Positions 12,526 through 26,428 of a stretch of 64,000 nt of DNA are shown here, piece by piece (position 1 is the first letter of the stretch; each line of letters starts with the position of its first letter). The stretch is from the NCBI GenBank assembly GCA_040437565.1, contig JBDOQK010000041.1:124001-188000 (forward strand), given 5' to 3'. Origin of the DNA: Albugo candida. Lineage: Eukaryota. The translations under genes were made by a program, and so were the position numbers. Below the pieces are notes generated by a model, which saw only the letters and a program-made list of their open reading frames with translations, ran no database searches and was not told the origin of the DNA.

Positions 12526-13913
12526 TTTCTTAATATGTGTGTAAGTGGACGCCGGACATAACACAGATTTGATTCTACTACTTCTATGTTCCTACTTTGG
12601 TCAAAGAGTTGACGTCTCACAATAATTACAGTGCATTTGACACGGTTTTCTTTCTAGCTCCAACTGCTACAGCGGCTAATCTTATTATTGTAGACTTCTA
12701 ATATACTGGTCCTCGAACTCAATACAAACGCCTTCTGTTTGAGCTTGAAAAGCTTTATTGAAGAAGCCCCACAATTGTGCCGGATGTACCAGCACTTTCG
12801 CATTTTCAAGACCTCACAAGCGGTATTCGGTCACCATCGCATATGAAACTACGCATCGACGTGTCCTCTAAATAGCGATGCAAAAGTTGAGCAGCAAGCT
12901 CATGATACATTATTAAAGGACGATACAGTCCGAGCGAGCAAATGATTTGATGTTCATTTAAATGTTCAAAATAGATCAGGATTGGGTGATATGTGCTATT
13001 GTAAAGATCCAACTTACTGATCATTGAAACTGAATAGTTGTTTCTAGCCCCATCATGACTAAGCTCACGTCAGTACTCCATCCTAACAAAAATCAGAGCC
13101 GCAATGGAAGTGTATTGCATTTCTCTGTTACCGATAGAATCAGAAGTGTAATATACTTCTGCTCTCCTCTTCATCAATCCTGAATATGCTTCAATTACCT
13201 CGTGAGACGGTTAAAAAATTTCTCCATTTCAGTATTGATCGAATCGAGCTCGTTGACGTTCATAGTAAAGCGGGAAACTTTCTGGCACAAATGGCATCCT
13301 TTTCGTCCTACAAATCTGATTCACAGTTTTTGTTGTCTGACTGTCCGTGTGAAAGGATGAAATACGAATGGTTTGTCTCCGCCACTCCGAAGTAGTTGCT
13401 CAAGTCATCAAGCTGAGGCTTTTGTTTCTTTTGGAAATTTCTTGCTGAGAAGAAAAGACATTTCATGATCATACTATTAGTACAGAGTGGCTTCCATCAA
13501 CGGACGATGAAGCGATTGACGGGATCTAATAATTTCAAAGTCTTAACATTGAATCATCAAACAACACCTATGTTTCTCGCTTAATTTTGCGAAAAGAATG
13601 TTTCCATTTGTATCTGATGGTAAACATGATCGTATGAACAGCATATATATCGCATATCTCACTTGTACACTGAGTTATAGAGTTTGATCAAAACAATAGA
13701 CGTCGATCGTCTCTGAACCAATATGGTCAACTCTGGACTTTAGAATCTGATACGGTAGCTGCGAGGACATTGCTATCAAAGTCGAAAATTATCATAGGAT
13801 CATCCTCAAGACCTGATCCATCCTCTAGCTCTTCGATATGTTTGTATCCAGCACCCAATCACCAAAAAAGGGCCCCAGCATCAAATAACCTTGCAGTTTC
13901 GTTGCAAGCTAGA

Positions 13914-15042
13914 ATGACATCGATATCATGCACAGGCGCTCAAGAGTTGGAATTTTTGGTCATTTTTGTTGCTGGCTTCGTTTATAATGCAGTAATTCCT
14001 TTATTGTCGATATGAGAAGGCGGAGCAGGAGCTAATTAAGATCATACCTTACTTCCAAATCCAAGAGAACCATAAAATGCTACACTTTATCAGCGTATAC
14101 ACCAAGTCAAAATATAGCTCCGAGATTTGATACCGACGAGATGCTATTGTAGGGTGACTTTGGTCCATTTCAGGCCGGCATACCGCAGCAAGTTCCTATA
14201 TGGCTCGCAATCATGCTGAAACAATTGCACAAGTGTCGTATCCTCCCGCCTGATTGGCTCACAATCGGTCACTTCCAATGGTCCATTTTACGTTTGTCTC
14301 GATTTTAACTCTGTTTTTGTGCATTCAGAAAACCTCACAATGCGACTTGAAGAGGAAATCCGTAGTGATGTTTTCGAACCGCTTGCATTTCATTACATGG
14401 AAATCTCGTCACTCTTACTCAAGCAGTACGTTTCTCGGCTTTTGTGCGTACATTTGAAGCAAATGCATTGTGCACAGCGCTGCAGAGGATATTGAACAGG
14501 TTGAGCATATTCGATCCTTATTAGAGGATCTTCAGAACGTTCGTCAAGATAAGATTCGCTCTGGTTTGTGTAAAATCTCGAATGATGTGCAAAGTGGAGG
14601 GACGGCTTATGCGATACAGGTAAAAACGCATGCTTCTATCGGTGGGGATTCACAATACAGACATTCAGATGAATAATATCGCTGCTCTTGAAATCAACTC
14701 TGTACGACGACTTATGACCAATGTATTTATCAACACTGTATCGGATGCACGTTTTCTATTGATTGTATTAATTCCAGTCACTACAATTATTCCACAAAAT
14801 GAAGCAACTTGGCGCTTCAGATGGTATCTAATACGATTAGTGACATACTCGTACCAAACATTCTAACTGCAGACTTGTATGCAGGCACTGAACAGGAGGA
14901 AACACAATCGAGTCAGTTGCCATTCAGCAATTCGTCTTTAGGTACACTCATATTCAGAGTACACTTTCATTCTCACTGCGTATTGTATCATGCACTAGAA
15001 ACACCACCGGTACATCGTTTACGTCGATTTCGACAAAATTAA
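13914..15042 (+). CDS. GINS2: GINS complex subunit Psf2, multi-exon
   Basis: Spliced reading gives [66 protein letters not shown] and [12 protein letters not shown]. Confidence 0.9.
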
Positions 15043-15172
15043 CTTTAGTACATTCAGTCATTCGCCTTGTGTTACTTGTTCTAATTCCGCGGTACACCAA
15101 TGACACGCCATCCTAATATAGAGTACACCAGTGTGGTGTGTCAAACAATGGCAAAGCACTTTGAGCCATAGA

Positions 15173-16601
15173 ATGCAAAGCGATAATTTGTGGCGCGATC
15201 GCAATAAGGTTTTTGTGGCAGGATTGCCGCGCGACGTGGACGACGATGCTCTCTACAATAAGTTTCGAGCTTTTGGCGATATGTTCCAAGCAAAGGTCGT
15301 CTATGATGCAGCCACTGGACGCTCTAAAGGTTTCGGATTCTTGACGTATCGTCAGTATGATCACGCAATGGACGCAATCGACAAGACAAACGGAAAAGTA
15401 TGTACTCCTATATCCAGAGCCTATCGAAATCTCAATGTTATCTATATTAGAATTGGAATGGACGAGTTCTGAATGTCAGATTTTTAAAGCCCAAAACGGG
15501 ATCAGAAAAAGACATCAAGTCTACCGATGCTCCCGAATTGATGCCGCTGAAAATTAACACATCTATGAAGAACTGTACTACACTATATGTTGGCAATTTG
15601 TCGTATGAAATTACAGAGGACATCGTTCGGAGAGTATTCAGTCCATTTGGTGATATCAAAGCAGTGCGATTAGCGCAACATATACAGACAAAAAAATTTC
15701 GCGGATTTGGCTATGTTCAGTTCTACGACTCAGAATCATGCACTAAAGCTTTAGCTGCTAATGGAAAAATCGTGATCGGACGTCCCATGCATGTAGATCT
15801 TAGTGGTGAAGATGATGGCTTGATTAAACAGAAACGTGAAGAGATGGAAAAAAAGCTGAAGAAAGGGATTTGTCATCGGTTTCAATCAAGTAAATGTGTG
15901 CATGGCGACGCTTGTAAATTTGCACACGTACAGAAAAATCAAGAAAATCATTCGACCGCAAACGCCAAAGCAAATTCCGAACAAGAGTCAACAGCAACTG
16001 CGTATCATACTAGCGCAGTCAAGAGCAGCGAGGCGGGAAGCACAGTTTGCATCAATTATCAAAAAGGAAAGTGTAATCGAGGGAACAACTGCCGATACCT
16101 GCATCTCAGTCAGAAAGACCCAAGTACAAGTACCAACGATATGAGGCAAATCAAAGGTTAGTGTGGCGTCATGTTTCATTCTCTCTTGATAGCTGTAAAT
16201 ATGTGCGCTTTTCAACAGGCATTATTGATGAGACATCGGATGGAAGTGATACCAGCACGTCTTCCTCTCCTCGGACAGAATCTGCGTCCGAAAATGCAGA
16301 AAGTAAAGAGGCTACAACGCTTGATACCTCTACTCCACTTTGCCAAAACTTTCAAAAGGGAAAGTGTAAACGTGGCAGTAATTGCCGTTTCCGTCACTCC
16401 GACACAGCATCAGTCTCGGAAGGTGGATCAACAAAGCCCATCCAGCAGCCACATGATATGAAAGAGAGCTCCAAGACACTAAAGAAATCATCTCGACACG
16501 ACAGTCTGACAATTGATGAATCTAGTACGCATGAGGATAAGCGGAAAAAAAAGAAGCGCAAATCGGGCGAAAGTGATGAGAACGCAATACAATCACAATA
16601 G
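15173..16601 (+). CDS. RNA-binding protein with 2 RRMs and 3 CCCH zinc fingers, basic C-terminal NLS-like tract
   Basis: RNP motifs VFVAGL/KGFGFLTY and LYVGNL/RGFGYVQF; three C-x7-C-x5-C-x3-H fingers; two introns. Confidence 0.9.
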
Positions 16602-17512
16602 CATATGCACCATAGTCTCCTATCTAAAGGCATCATCAGAACTAATGGAATCACTATTACCATTCTGAGCGTCCGAGCTAACATAAAATAACTGCGAGGA
16701 TTGTCCCGTAACAAGCTTTCTATAAAGTCAATGATTCATGACCAGAAATCTTGGCACTAGTTGACGATTTCTCAGTCGAAAATTTGCAGCTATGCGCTTG
16801 AGTGTGCATAAGCTTTTTTGAAGTTCCGAGGAGCACAGGTTCGCAAGGTTATAGCTACATCAGTGATGGGCCAACAAGCTTGCAGAGCGGCTCGATGCGG
16901 CACATCGAGGCTTGAATAGCTTAATGAAGCGCCACTTTGATTCCAGGTTTCAATGCGTTGTACATCTCCATGTGCGACCAAGATTGTACGAGACTGATCT
17001 CGACTTGACATATATTAGGTTAGCGATGCGAGTCAACAATAGGTTTTGATTGCTGGAAGTAAGGGAATAGCGCTGTGTCCCGAGACAGATAAAAGTAAGA
17101 ACAATACGTCCTCCTTGCAGAGCTGCTCGCATTCAATGGAGCCATTTAAAGTTATTCTCATCAATTCCCAAAAGAGTAGTGTACGAATCACGTATATGTT
17201 GACCCTCTATAACCCGTGCATCAGCCACCATGCCACAAAGCCGCTGGAGCACCTAATGCAGCACAATTCCGACAAAGACTAAAGGCGTTGAACAAAGCCA
17301 TCTTACTATCACTCTTGAAGGGATAAACGTTTTATTATAATGTATCAATGAGCGAGGTAATGATAAGCACCTGATGCAGAGATAGCTGCTTTCTTCTGTA
17401 CTTGAAGCAGTATCGAGGCCTATAAAGTGTCAAAAATGCGTCAAAATGACTTATTTCTCTTCTGGTCGTAGAGGCAACATGTCAAAAATACAAAAATTTA
17501 TGAAATTTTTAA

Positions 17513-20500
17513 TTATTTCGATACACGCATCTGCTTTTTTGAAGGTACAGTTCTCGTAACCGTCGATACGCCATCCACAAATTTGGTGCGATACACAACG
17601 TTCGCGTTATTGAACATACCTTCCTTTAACGATACGATGATGAATTGAGATTGTGAAAAATGCGACTGAATCATCTGACCAATATTTTGAGTATGCGAGA
17701 GGTCCAAAGCGGCATCCACTTCATCAAGAATATACATTGGCGCCGGTTTGAAAAGAAGTAAGGCGAGAATCAGCGATAACGCCAATAAGGAGCGTTGCCC
17801 ACCACTTAGTTCTGTCAAACTCTCTTTCCACACACCACCAAACGCAACAGAAACTTGAAGTCCATCCAACACAGTATCTACAATCTAAACGTCAGAATCA
17901 CTTTGACACTAACCACAGCGCACATACCGCTGTCTACAGGTTCCAATTTAGCTGTCGTCCCTGGCAACAATGTGCTGAAAATAGAGCCAAAATCTTTATT
18001 CACCTTCCGCCAGGTCGTCTGTAATGCTTCATCCTTTTTTGTGTCTAATTCCTCAATGACAAAGGTAATTTTCTCTTTATCCTTTTCAATAATTGCTCGT
18101 TTTGTCATTAAACTCTGATACTCTTGTTCTGCTTTTTCAATCATTCCGACAACTTTTTTGTTAATTTTCCGAGAGATCAAATCTTGTTCTTTCTTCAGTG
18201 TCATACGGCGCTGCATGACACTATCGGAATCTAGTTTTTCAAAATCGTAGTCGGTGTGTTCTCGTCCGAAAAACTCTTTCTCAGTCGTTATCCACGAATA
18301 ATTCTGCTCCATTTCTTGAGCCAATACAGTGGACTCTTCTTTCTCGCGAAACAAGCGCTGTTTTCGATGCTCATGTTTCTTCTTACTAACTTGACACTCT
18401 GTTTTCTTGCGGCAAAGCTTTGCTCGTTTCTCCACTAAAAGCCGTAATTTTTGATCGGATTTCTGAATCATTTCTCGGTGTTGATCCCATTGGAGTGTGG
18501 CTTCCTGGAGACCCTTTTCCATCGTCGCTTGTCGCTCGAAAAGCTGCTGAGCATCTTGCCGCAATTTCTCGATGTCTTTGTCTATATTCTGCATACTTGA
18601 CTCGATACTCTGAATTTCCTGCACGAGCGACTCGATTTCAAGCTCGGATTCTGACTGCTGCTGCTTTATCGACTTGTAATGGCTTTCGGCCTGCTGTGCT
18701 TGGATTGTGATAGCCTTGTGCTCGTCCTCCAGAGCATGAATACGAGTCGTTCGAGAATGCTTGACAGACTGAATATTCTCTTTGATTGTATTGATGGAAT
18801 CTTGCAGGTTTTCGATACGACTTTGCGTTTCTGTGAGCTTTTCATTTGCTTCTTGTAATTCGGATTCCGCCTGTAAGACATCACGTTCTTGTTGCGCGTG
18901 AGCACTCTGAGAAATTCGCTCATCCATCAGCCCGAGTTCGTGTNNNNNNNNNNNNNNNNNNNNNNNNNNNNNNNNNNNNNNNNNNNNNNNNNNNNNNNNN
19001 NNNNNNNNNNNNNNNNNNNNNNNNNNNNNNNNNNNNNNNNNNNTGACACTCTGTTTTCTTGCGGCAAAGCTTTGCTCGTTTCTCCACTAAAAGCCGTAAT
19101 TTTTGATCGGATTTCTGAATCATTTCTCGGTGTTGATCCCATTGGAGTGTGGCTTCCTGGAGACCCTTTTCCATCGTCGCTTGTCGCTCGAAAAGCTGCT
19201 GAGCATCTTGCCGCAATTTCTCGATGTCTTTGTCTATATTCTGCATACTTGACTCGATACTCTGAATTTCCTGCACGAGCGACTCGATTTCAAGCTCGGA
19301 TTCTGACTGCTGCTGCTTTATCGACTTGTAATGGCTTTCGGCCTGCTGTGCTTGGATTGTGATAGCCTTGTGCTCGTCCTCCAGAGCATGAATACGAGTC
19401 GTTCGAGAATGCTTGACAGACTGAATATTCTCTTTGATTGTATTGATGGAATCTTGCAGGTTTTCGATACGACTTTGCGTTTCTGTGAGCTTTTCATTTG
19501 CTTCTTGTAATTCGGATTCCGCCTGTAAAACATCACGTTCTTGTTGCGCGTGAGCACTCTGAGAAATTCGCTCATCCATCAGCCCGAGTTCGTGTACTTT
19601 TAGCTCCAGCTGGCTCTGCATTGCGCGATATTCCTCACCATCTTGCCTCAATTGCTCCAAACGCGTGTGCTTGTTCGATAAATCATCCTTCAGACTTTGA
19701 AGCGTTCGTGTCGATTGTAAAAGATTGTGTAGCTTGAATAACATCGGAGGTCCAGTGGACGGAGCGGAGCCACCTTGAAGCGTGCCTGCAGGATCAAAAG
19801 AATCTCCGTCAAGAGTCACAGTACGCACTTTGATGTCTCGATGGAAGGTAACTTTTTGAGCAATCTCGCTGGTCTCACAGACAATGCTATTCCCGAATGC
19901 GTATTCCATTGCAGGTTGGACCGTTTGATCAAAATGTATGAGTTCCATCGCTTCCCAGATTTTCCCACCGTGTTTCTCTGCAATCTGGCGAGCTCTTTGA
20001 ATCTTGGCCGGATCAATCGTTCGTCGCGAAATACGATTCAACGGGATGATTGTGACACGATTCATAAGACGCCCATGCTTGAGAATCTCCTTAGCTGTCT
20101 TCTCGTTATCGACGACGACTTGATAGAGTTTTCCACCCGCTACAATCTCCAATGCCAACGCTGACCATTCATGCTTGGTTTCGACTAGTTTAGCAAGTAC
20201 GCCTTGGACACTTTGTCGGTCAAAATTTGGAGTGGGATCAGTGTAATGGAAATCCAAACGGGAGGAAAGAGCTGATGAGAGCTCATCGATATGGCGCTCC
20301 TTCTGTCGTATATCAATTCGAAGGTGTTTAATTGCCTGTTCTACCGCTTTCTCTTCGTTCGGATCAAACTTTGATGTGATGGCGTCCATTTTTGATTTCA
20401 GAGCGTCGACTTCCGCACGAGTCTGAGTTTGTTCTTGTACTAGATCTTGATTGTCGTGCCTGGATTGCTCTAGTCTCTTTCGCTGTTGTTTGCATTGTTT

Positions 20501-21781
20501 CTCCAAATGTTTGACTTTCAAAGTTGTTTGCTGTTGGAGTGTGTTTACTTGCTGTAATTCTCTTTGCTTGTCTGCTAAATTCTCAGCCAAAGAGGCTTTT
20601 GTTTGACCTTTTGATTGACTGATTCCCGCATTTAACGCTTGCATTTCGTCGTGAATCGCTTCTTTCTTTGCTCGAATCTCTTCCATATGTTTCTTGCTAC
20701 TTGTCACCTCTTTCTTCTTCTTCTCCGTTTCTCGCTGTAATTTTTGCATACTTTTCTCAGCATCCTTTCGTTGTTCCGACAAAAGTCGTTGTTTTTCTAC
20801 TTGAGCTTTGATTTGCGATTCCGCATTTTGATACTGAGTCTGCATTTTGGCAACTTGTTGATCCAATTGATTCACTTTTGCTTTGAGAGTTTGCAAATTC
20901 GGCTCACCACTTTTTTCTTTTTCGCATTCTATTCCATCGATCTCATGATCCATTTCTGTGATACGTTTTTGAAGCTTTTCCTCTCGTTCTCGACTGCTTT
21001 CGAAACTTTGCTCCAGCTGTCGTACATTTGCGTCGACGGTGCTTATAATCTCTACAGCTTTTTGATATTTGTATGCGATACAGAATCGTTCCAAACGATC
21101 CAATTCTGTGTTATTGGCGGCCCAAATCAAATACTGCTGCTTTTCCTGTCGAAGTTTTTCCAGTGTGGGAGTGATTTCTTCTGCAAGAATAGCATTGATC
21201 TCTTCAACTTTTTTGTCCTTTTTCATCATCGTTCGTAATGCAGCTTGTTTTTTCGTCTCGTACATTCTCGTGCCAGCGGCTTCTTCGATCATACTGAGAA
21301 TCTCTAAAGGTTTCATATTGAGAATTTTGGTGATACGACCTTGCATGATGAGGAAATGAGGACTGTTGACATTCAGCTGGACAGAATGAAAGAGATTCTG
21401 AATCTGACTCACTTGAGCCGTGTGGCCATTGATCATGTACTTGTTTCGACCTCCAATGATCACCTGACGTGCCACCGATATCTGCTCATACTGCTCGTAT
21501 CCAACAGGTGATGCCTTGCTATTTTCGTTGTTGAAAACGATTGTGACCGTCGCTTTTGTGATCCCTGCCTGTCCTTGTTTGTACACGAGTTCTTGCAAAT
21601 TCCCTGCACGGACTTGAGATAAATTGGAGATTCCGAGGACGAAACATATCGCGTCGAGTATGTTTGACTTTCCACTTCCATTGAAGCCCGTGATAGCATT
21701 GAAATGTGGATCAAAACCACTGATTACCGTCCGAGTAGCGTACGATTTGAAGCCATCGATGATGATCTCTTCGATGTGCAT
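17513..21781 (-). CDS. SMC2: Condensin subunit SMC2, broken in the assembly by a gap with a 552-bp duplication
   Basis: [14 protein letters not shown], Walker A GFNGSGKS, hinge region, LSGGQRS signature and Walker [12 protein letters not shown]; one intron near 17877-17925. Confidence 0.96.
19044..19595. repeat. Direct duplicate of 18392-18943 across a gap
   Basis: Offset 652; one substitution seen (18877 G vs 19529 A). Confidence 0.95.
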
Positions 21782-22008
21782 TTTTGCGCCAAAAATCGGT
21801 GGCAAGGCGATATAACTGCTATAACTGATAGCATTGCTGTTATGGTTAGCAATTCCTCGTGACGTTTCAAGATCGCCGAAATGGAGCGGTCCANNNNNNN
21901 NNNNNNNNNNNNNNNNNNNNNNNNNNNNNNNNNNNNNNNNNNNNNNNNNNNNNNNNNNNNNNNNNNNNNNNNNNNNNNNNNNNNNNNNNNNNNTTCAAGA
22001 TCGCCGAA

Positions 22009-24568
22009 ATGGAGCGGTCCATGACTTTTGCGCAGAGAAGAGAGGAGCTTGAGCGTCAGCGTGCTGCAATGTAGGGTTACAAGTCGATTACTTATATACA
22101 AGATTCGCGTCTTATGGCTTCTTAGTGCTTCTACACGGAAAACTATCGACAGGAAGATCGCTTTGCGCGAAGCAACTTTTGCAGAATATGGAGCGATGAC
22201 TTATCAAAGCTATAAGGCCAAGTGGAAGCGAATCCATGCGGCTAGTGTTAAAGCTGTCAGAAGAAATGAAGATTTTCTCCAATTTGTGCGGGAAACGGAG
22301 TCCAAAATGAACGCAGCGTGCTTGCAGCAACTGCAACAGCTTTCCCCGGCCAGCAAAGCGCTCAACGAGGTAAAAAGACGCTATGAGCGCAAGGTCGACA
22401 GGCTTCGTCCAGGATGGGAGCAAAAGATACAGCAATTCAGAATGCAAAAGCTTCAAGAGCTCGATCAAAAGAAGCGAACTGTCGAATATCGTCGTCGTTT
22501 AGCGCAAAAGGTTTCCATCTCTTTGACTTGCAGCAATTCTACCGCGTTTCGAGTCTAATTGAGCTTGTAGAACTTTGAGAGAGAGCAGGCATTAGAGGCT
22601 CAGATAGGTAAAATGGTACGACGAAAGAGTGTCTGGCATAGAAAACGTATTGAGTGTATAATTGTGCATCAGAGCCAGGACCTCGCGATGCATACAGCTT
22701 TAGAGAAGCAAGAAGAACGGCTACGTCAAGAGACCCGGCATTCTCGAGTTTGGAGCACATCAGCGTCTATTGCAGAGCCGCTTCCGAAAACTTGTCTGCT
22801 AGCCGACGAAAAAATCGCATCCGAAGGGAAATTGTCAGAGGTACGACCCGAGTCAAATGCCTCGCTATTCGATCAAACGATCGCGAAGGACGCTTCCGGT
22901 AATGTGACTCTATTGAGCGCGTGGTCATCTAATAAGCTCGTTGTAGATCTTCGGACTCAGCCACCCAACACACATTGTGAAGAGGTGAGCCATGCGATAG
23001 ATCACTCTGATGTTGCTTCTTTATCGCGCGTTCATGAGGATTCCTGGGAAAGAATCGAAGAATTGAAGCTTGAGACTGATGAGGTCTACCGACTTGACGA
23101 AGAATGCATTTTTGAAACATCCCCAGCAGATGCAATTGTTTTGCAAGAGTCAGAATTCGATGGTCTTGGACCAATATGCTCGGGATCCCAACGATCTGAT
23201 AGAAGCTGTGATTACGAGCCGATTGTGGAGACAGACAGAAAAGATACACAAGAGCACAAAGTAGCCGCAGGCATTGAAAACACTACTGAGAGGATATGCA
23301 CCAAATCTGATCGAAGCGCGTCGGAATCTACTGAATCCTCCAGGAGCTTTTCGAGCGATAAACCAGCCGATAAAGCTGCTTCTTTAGTAGATGAACCTTT
23401 AAATTTCCATCCCGAATCATCAGCATGCGAGGCTCCCGAAAATGCAGTCTATCCACCGACAGAGGCTTCTGTTCGCAGTCTGGGAACAACTGAGGAGGCA
23501 ATCGACGTAAATCACTTGGCTTTTATCGAGAACATTTCACAAAGCGATCAGCTTGAAGCTCTCAAACTCTTGGTGGAGCGTATTGAGGGTGCTATCGAAG
23601 AGAAGGAGGAACTTCGATTTTGCAGAGATGAGAATACTCAGCGTACAGTTGACATTATGAGGTGCCATATAAAAATTGTTTCAGCGTATTACTTATTTCT
23701 ATGACAGGATTGCGCTTGGAAAGCAAAAAGCTCAATTGGCGTTCTACAAAGCAGACGAATGCCTGGATACCATCCTTTCTATAACTCAAGTAGTTGGCCG
23801 AGGTAAAGAAGACTTTATGTCAACCATTCGGAAGAGCCTAACGTGCTTTTGCAGTGGTATTCCCACCGAAAGCGTTTGATGGGATTTTGGATCAGGAAAA
23901 GCTTAAGAGCCTTCACAAATCGAACCCAAATGCGATGCACTTATGGAAGACATTGTCCGACTTGATACAAAAACTAATCGACTCTAAAATTCAACAACCT
24001 CTGCTGATCCTGGACATCTTCCTGGCCGCATTGATGAGCCAACATCCGAGTAACACAAAATGGGAACGCAAGGTATCTCTTTCAAGTCGGACTCGTACTG
24101 ATCTCTTCTGACTTATCGTACAAAGCTTAAAGCTTTTTTAATGAATCTCAGCAGCACGACTCTCTCCCAGCTAAATGACTCGGTACCTGTGGCTGATCAC
24201 CCTGAAAGTTTTCCGATAAAGGCTCTCTCCACACTGACGCCTTCTAAGCTGGTCCCATCCAAATCATCAACCATCCTTCAAGGAGCCTTTATCGGATCTT
24301 CTGCGGCCACTCAAGCTATGACCAAGTCGAATTCGGAATCTATCTTGCGATCGTTTAGGTCTCCAACTAGCTTTTCCAACAAGGTAGAGTATCGAGCTGC
24401 TTCAAATTCCGCATTTCACGCGTTTTTTTCCGCTCTATTCAGCTTCTCAGCGCATTCGATGACGATGACGATCTCGACATCCAATTCACGGGAATGAAGC
24501 ATGTCAGACAAGAAAATTCGTTTGCGACTTTGGAAGAAGAAAAAGATGCTCTCAGTATCGACTTTTAG
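22009..24568 (+). CDS. Hypothetical coiled-coil protein with acidic low-complexity middle, weak Kizuna-like N-terminus
   Basis: Consecutive + ORFs joined by GT-AG introns; last exon ends ...DALSIDF*. Confidence 0.65.
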
Positions 24569-24950
24569 CCCCAAGCAAAAGTAGCCATAACACATAACAA
24601 AAAGTCAGGTTTCAAAGATATATTTTCCCCAACAGAGCAGCACATCTGAAACTAACGAGTGGAAAAATTGCAACTGCCAAAGCCGACCATATTGGATTTC
24701 TACATGACGCACACCTAGAGCCATTAGCCGACGATCGACGTGATCGGGGATGCCCTAACGACTTGATGACTCAATTTGCTGATTTCCTACCAAAATTCTA
24801 ACATCCAGCAAGAACATCTGATAATGTTCCTTGGACGGGAATGTCCCTTTCATGTAAAAAACTCAAGTGCCAGCATGCCAGTTCCAATTCCTCAAGCTAG
24901 CTTTCAGTACCTGTTGCAACATGTTGGGGCTCGATAACCTTGATCTTCTT

Positions 24951-26428
24951 CTAGAAGCCCAAAAGGCCGCTAAAAGGAATCTCCGCTTGTTCTTTGGCAA
25001 ATGTCTCCGAGTACTGATAGATGATTGTGACGGCCAGTAGGATTCCAGTTCCCGATCCAATCGCCCCAAGCAAATCAGCAACCATCGACAATGCACCAAT
25101 GCACATTCCACCAAAAGCTGCGGCCGTGGGAATGTAGCGATTGAGAACATGGACAATTGATGAGTCACGGTGGCCTTTCATCACCATTTGCTGATCTCTC
25201 AGCTGTTTCGCAACATCTCGAGCAGATGATCCCGAAATTTCAATCCACGTCTTTGAGAATAAGGCGCAGGATCCCAGGATGAAAATCACATACAGCACAA
25301 ATCGTAATGGATCATACAAAATTTGAGCCAAATTGCTGGGTGCCGACATGTAATACGCCGCTCCGCCAACGGGTATGGTCTGTCCCGGCGCTCCATCGAC
25401 GTCTTGCCACACTCCAAGCAATCGAACCAGAAAGTTTCCACTGAATTTTCGATACAACATTTGGGAAATAAAGTACAAATTCGACACGAGTGCGGTTTGT
25501 AGGATGATCGGCATGTTGGAAGTGTAAAAGAGTTTGATTGGGAACGTTCCCTGCTGCCCGCGAAACTTTTGATACTTGACTGGAAGATCGACGCGGAAAC
25601 CTTGAAAGTAGATCACAACTACAAACACCAGCATCGTTGCAAGCAGATTGGTGACATTTGGCAGATTTTGACGGTAGAACGCTTCTTTAAGAGCTCGTAA
25701 CTTATCGGAACGAGTTATAAGCAAATGGAAAAGAGCGATGATAGCGCCTTCAAATTCGGTTCCACGGCCCGTGTTGATAGTTGTTGGACTGAATGCCTTC
25801 CAGATGATCGTCTCACAAATATTGGTAGCGATGAAAAGAGAGATTCCAGAGCCGAGACCGTACCCTTTCTGCAGCATCTCATCCAAAATGATGACGAGAA
25901 TACCCGCGAATAGGAGCTGCAGTATGATGAGAATAGCGTTGAAAGCTCCGATATCCGATACGTTCCCATACATTCCTGAGACCACATAAGCCACAGCTTC
26001 GCCGAGCGTAATGAGAATCCCAAACAGTTTCTGTGCCCCGCTGAATAGTGCACGGTCTTCTTTTAAGGATTGGTCGACTTCGATCATTTTGGATCCTGCC
26101 ATGAGTTGCATGACTAGACCAGAGGTGACGATGGGACTGATACCCAACTCCATGAGAGTTCCTCGATTTGAAGCGAGAATGACACGCATCCAATACAAAG
26201 GATCCGAAGATTTTGATGTTTGGATTCCGTACAGAGGAATTTGACAGCAAACTAAAAAGATGAATAAGGTAATCAATGTCCATAGGACTTTTTCACGAAA
26301 CGGGATTTTGCGATCGGGTTGTGCGACTTCAGGGAGTACGCACATCACCGGTCGTATCAGATGGAGGAAACGCACTTTAACAAAATGTGAGTTACATTAT
26401 GAGAGGGAAAAGCGAAAGGAGTCTTACT
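24951..26428 (-). CDS. SEC61A: Protein translocon Sec61 alpha subunit
   Basis: RFLHLIRP...[35 protein letters not shown] and [14 protein letters not shown] is formed across intron 26375-26427. Confidence 0.97.

Noticed and set aside
13195..13461. Minus-strand frame interrupted only by three TGA codons and containing CHLC (selenoprotein or CHxC effector idea)
   Set aside because: Three stops in 89 codons is near random expectation, there is no signal peptide, and no SECIS or selenoprotein family is recognisable.
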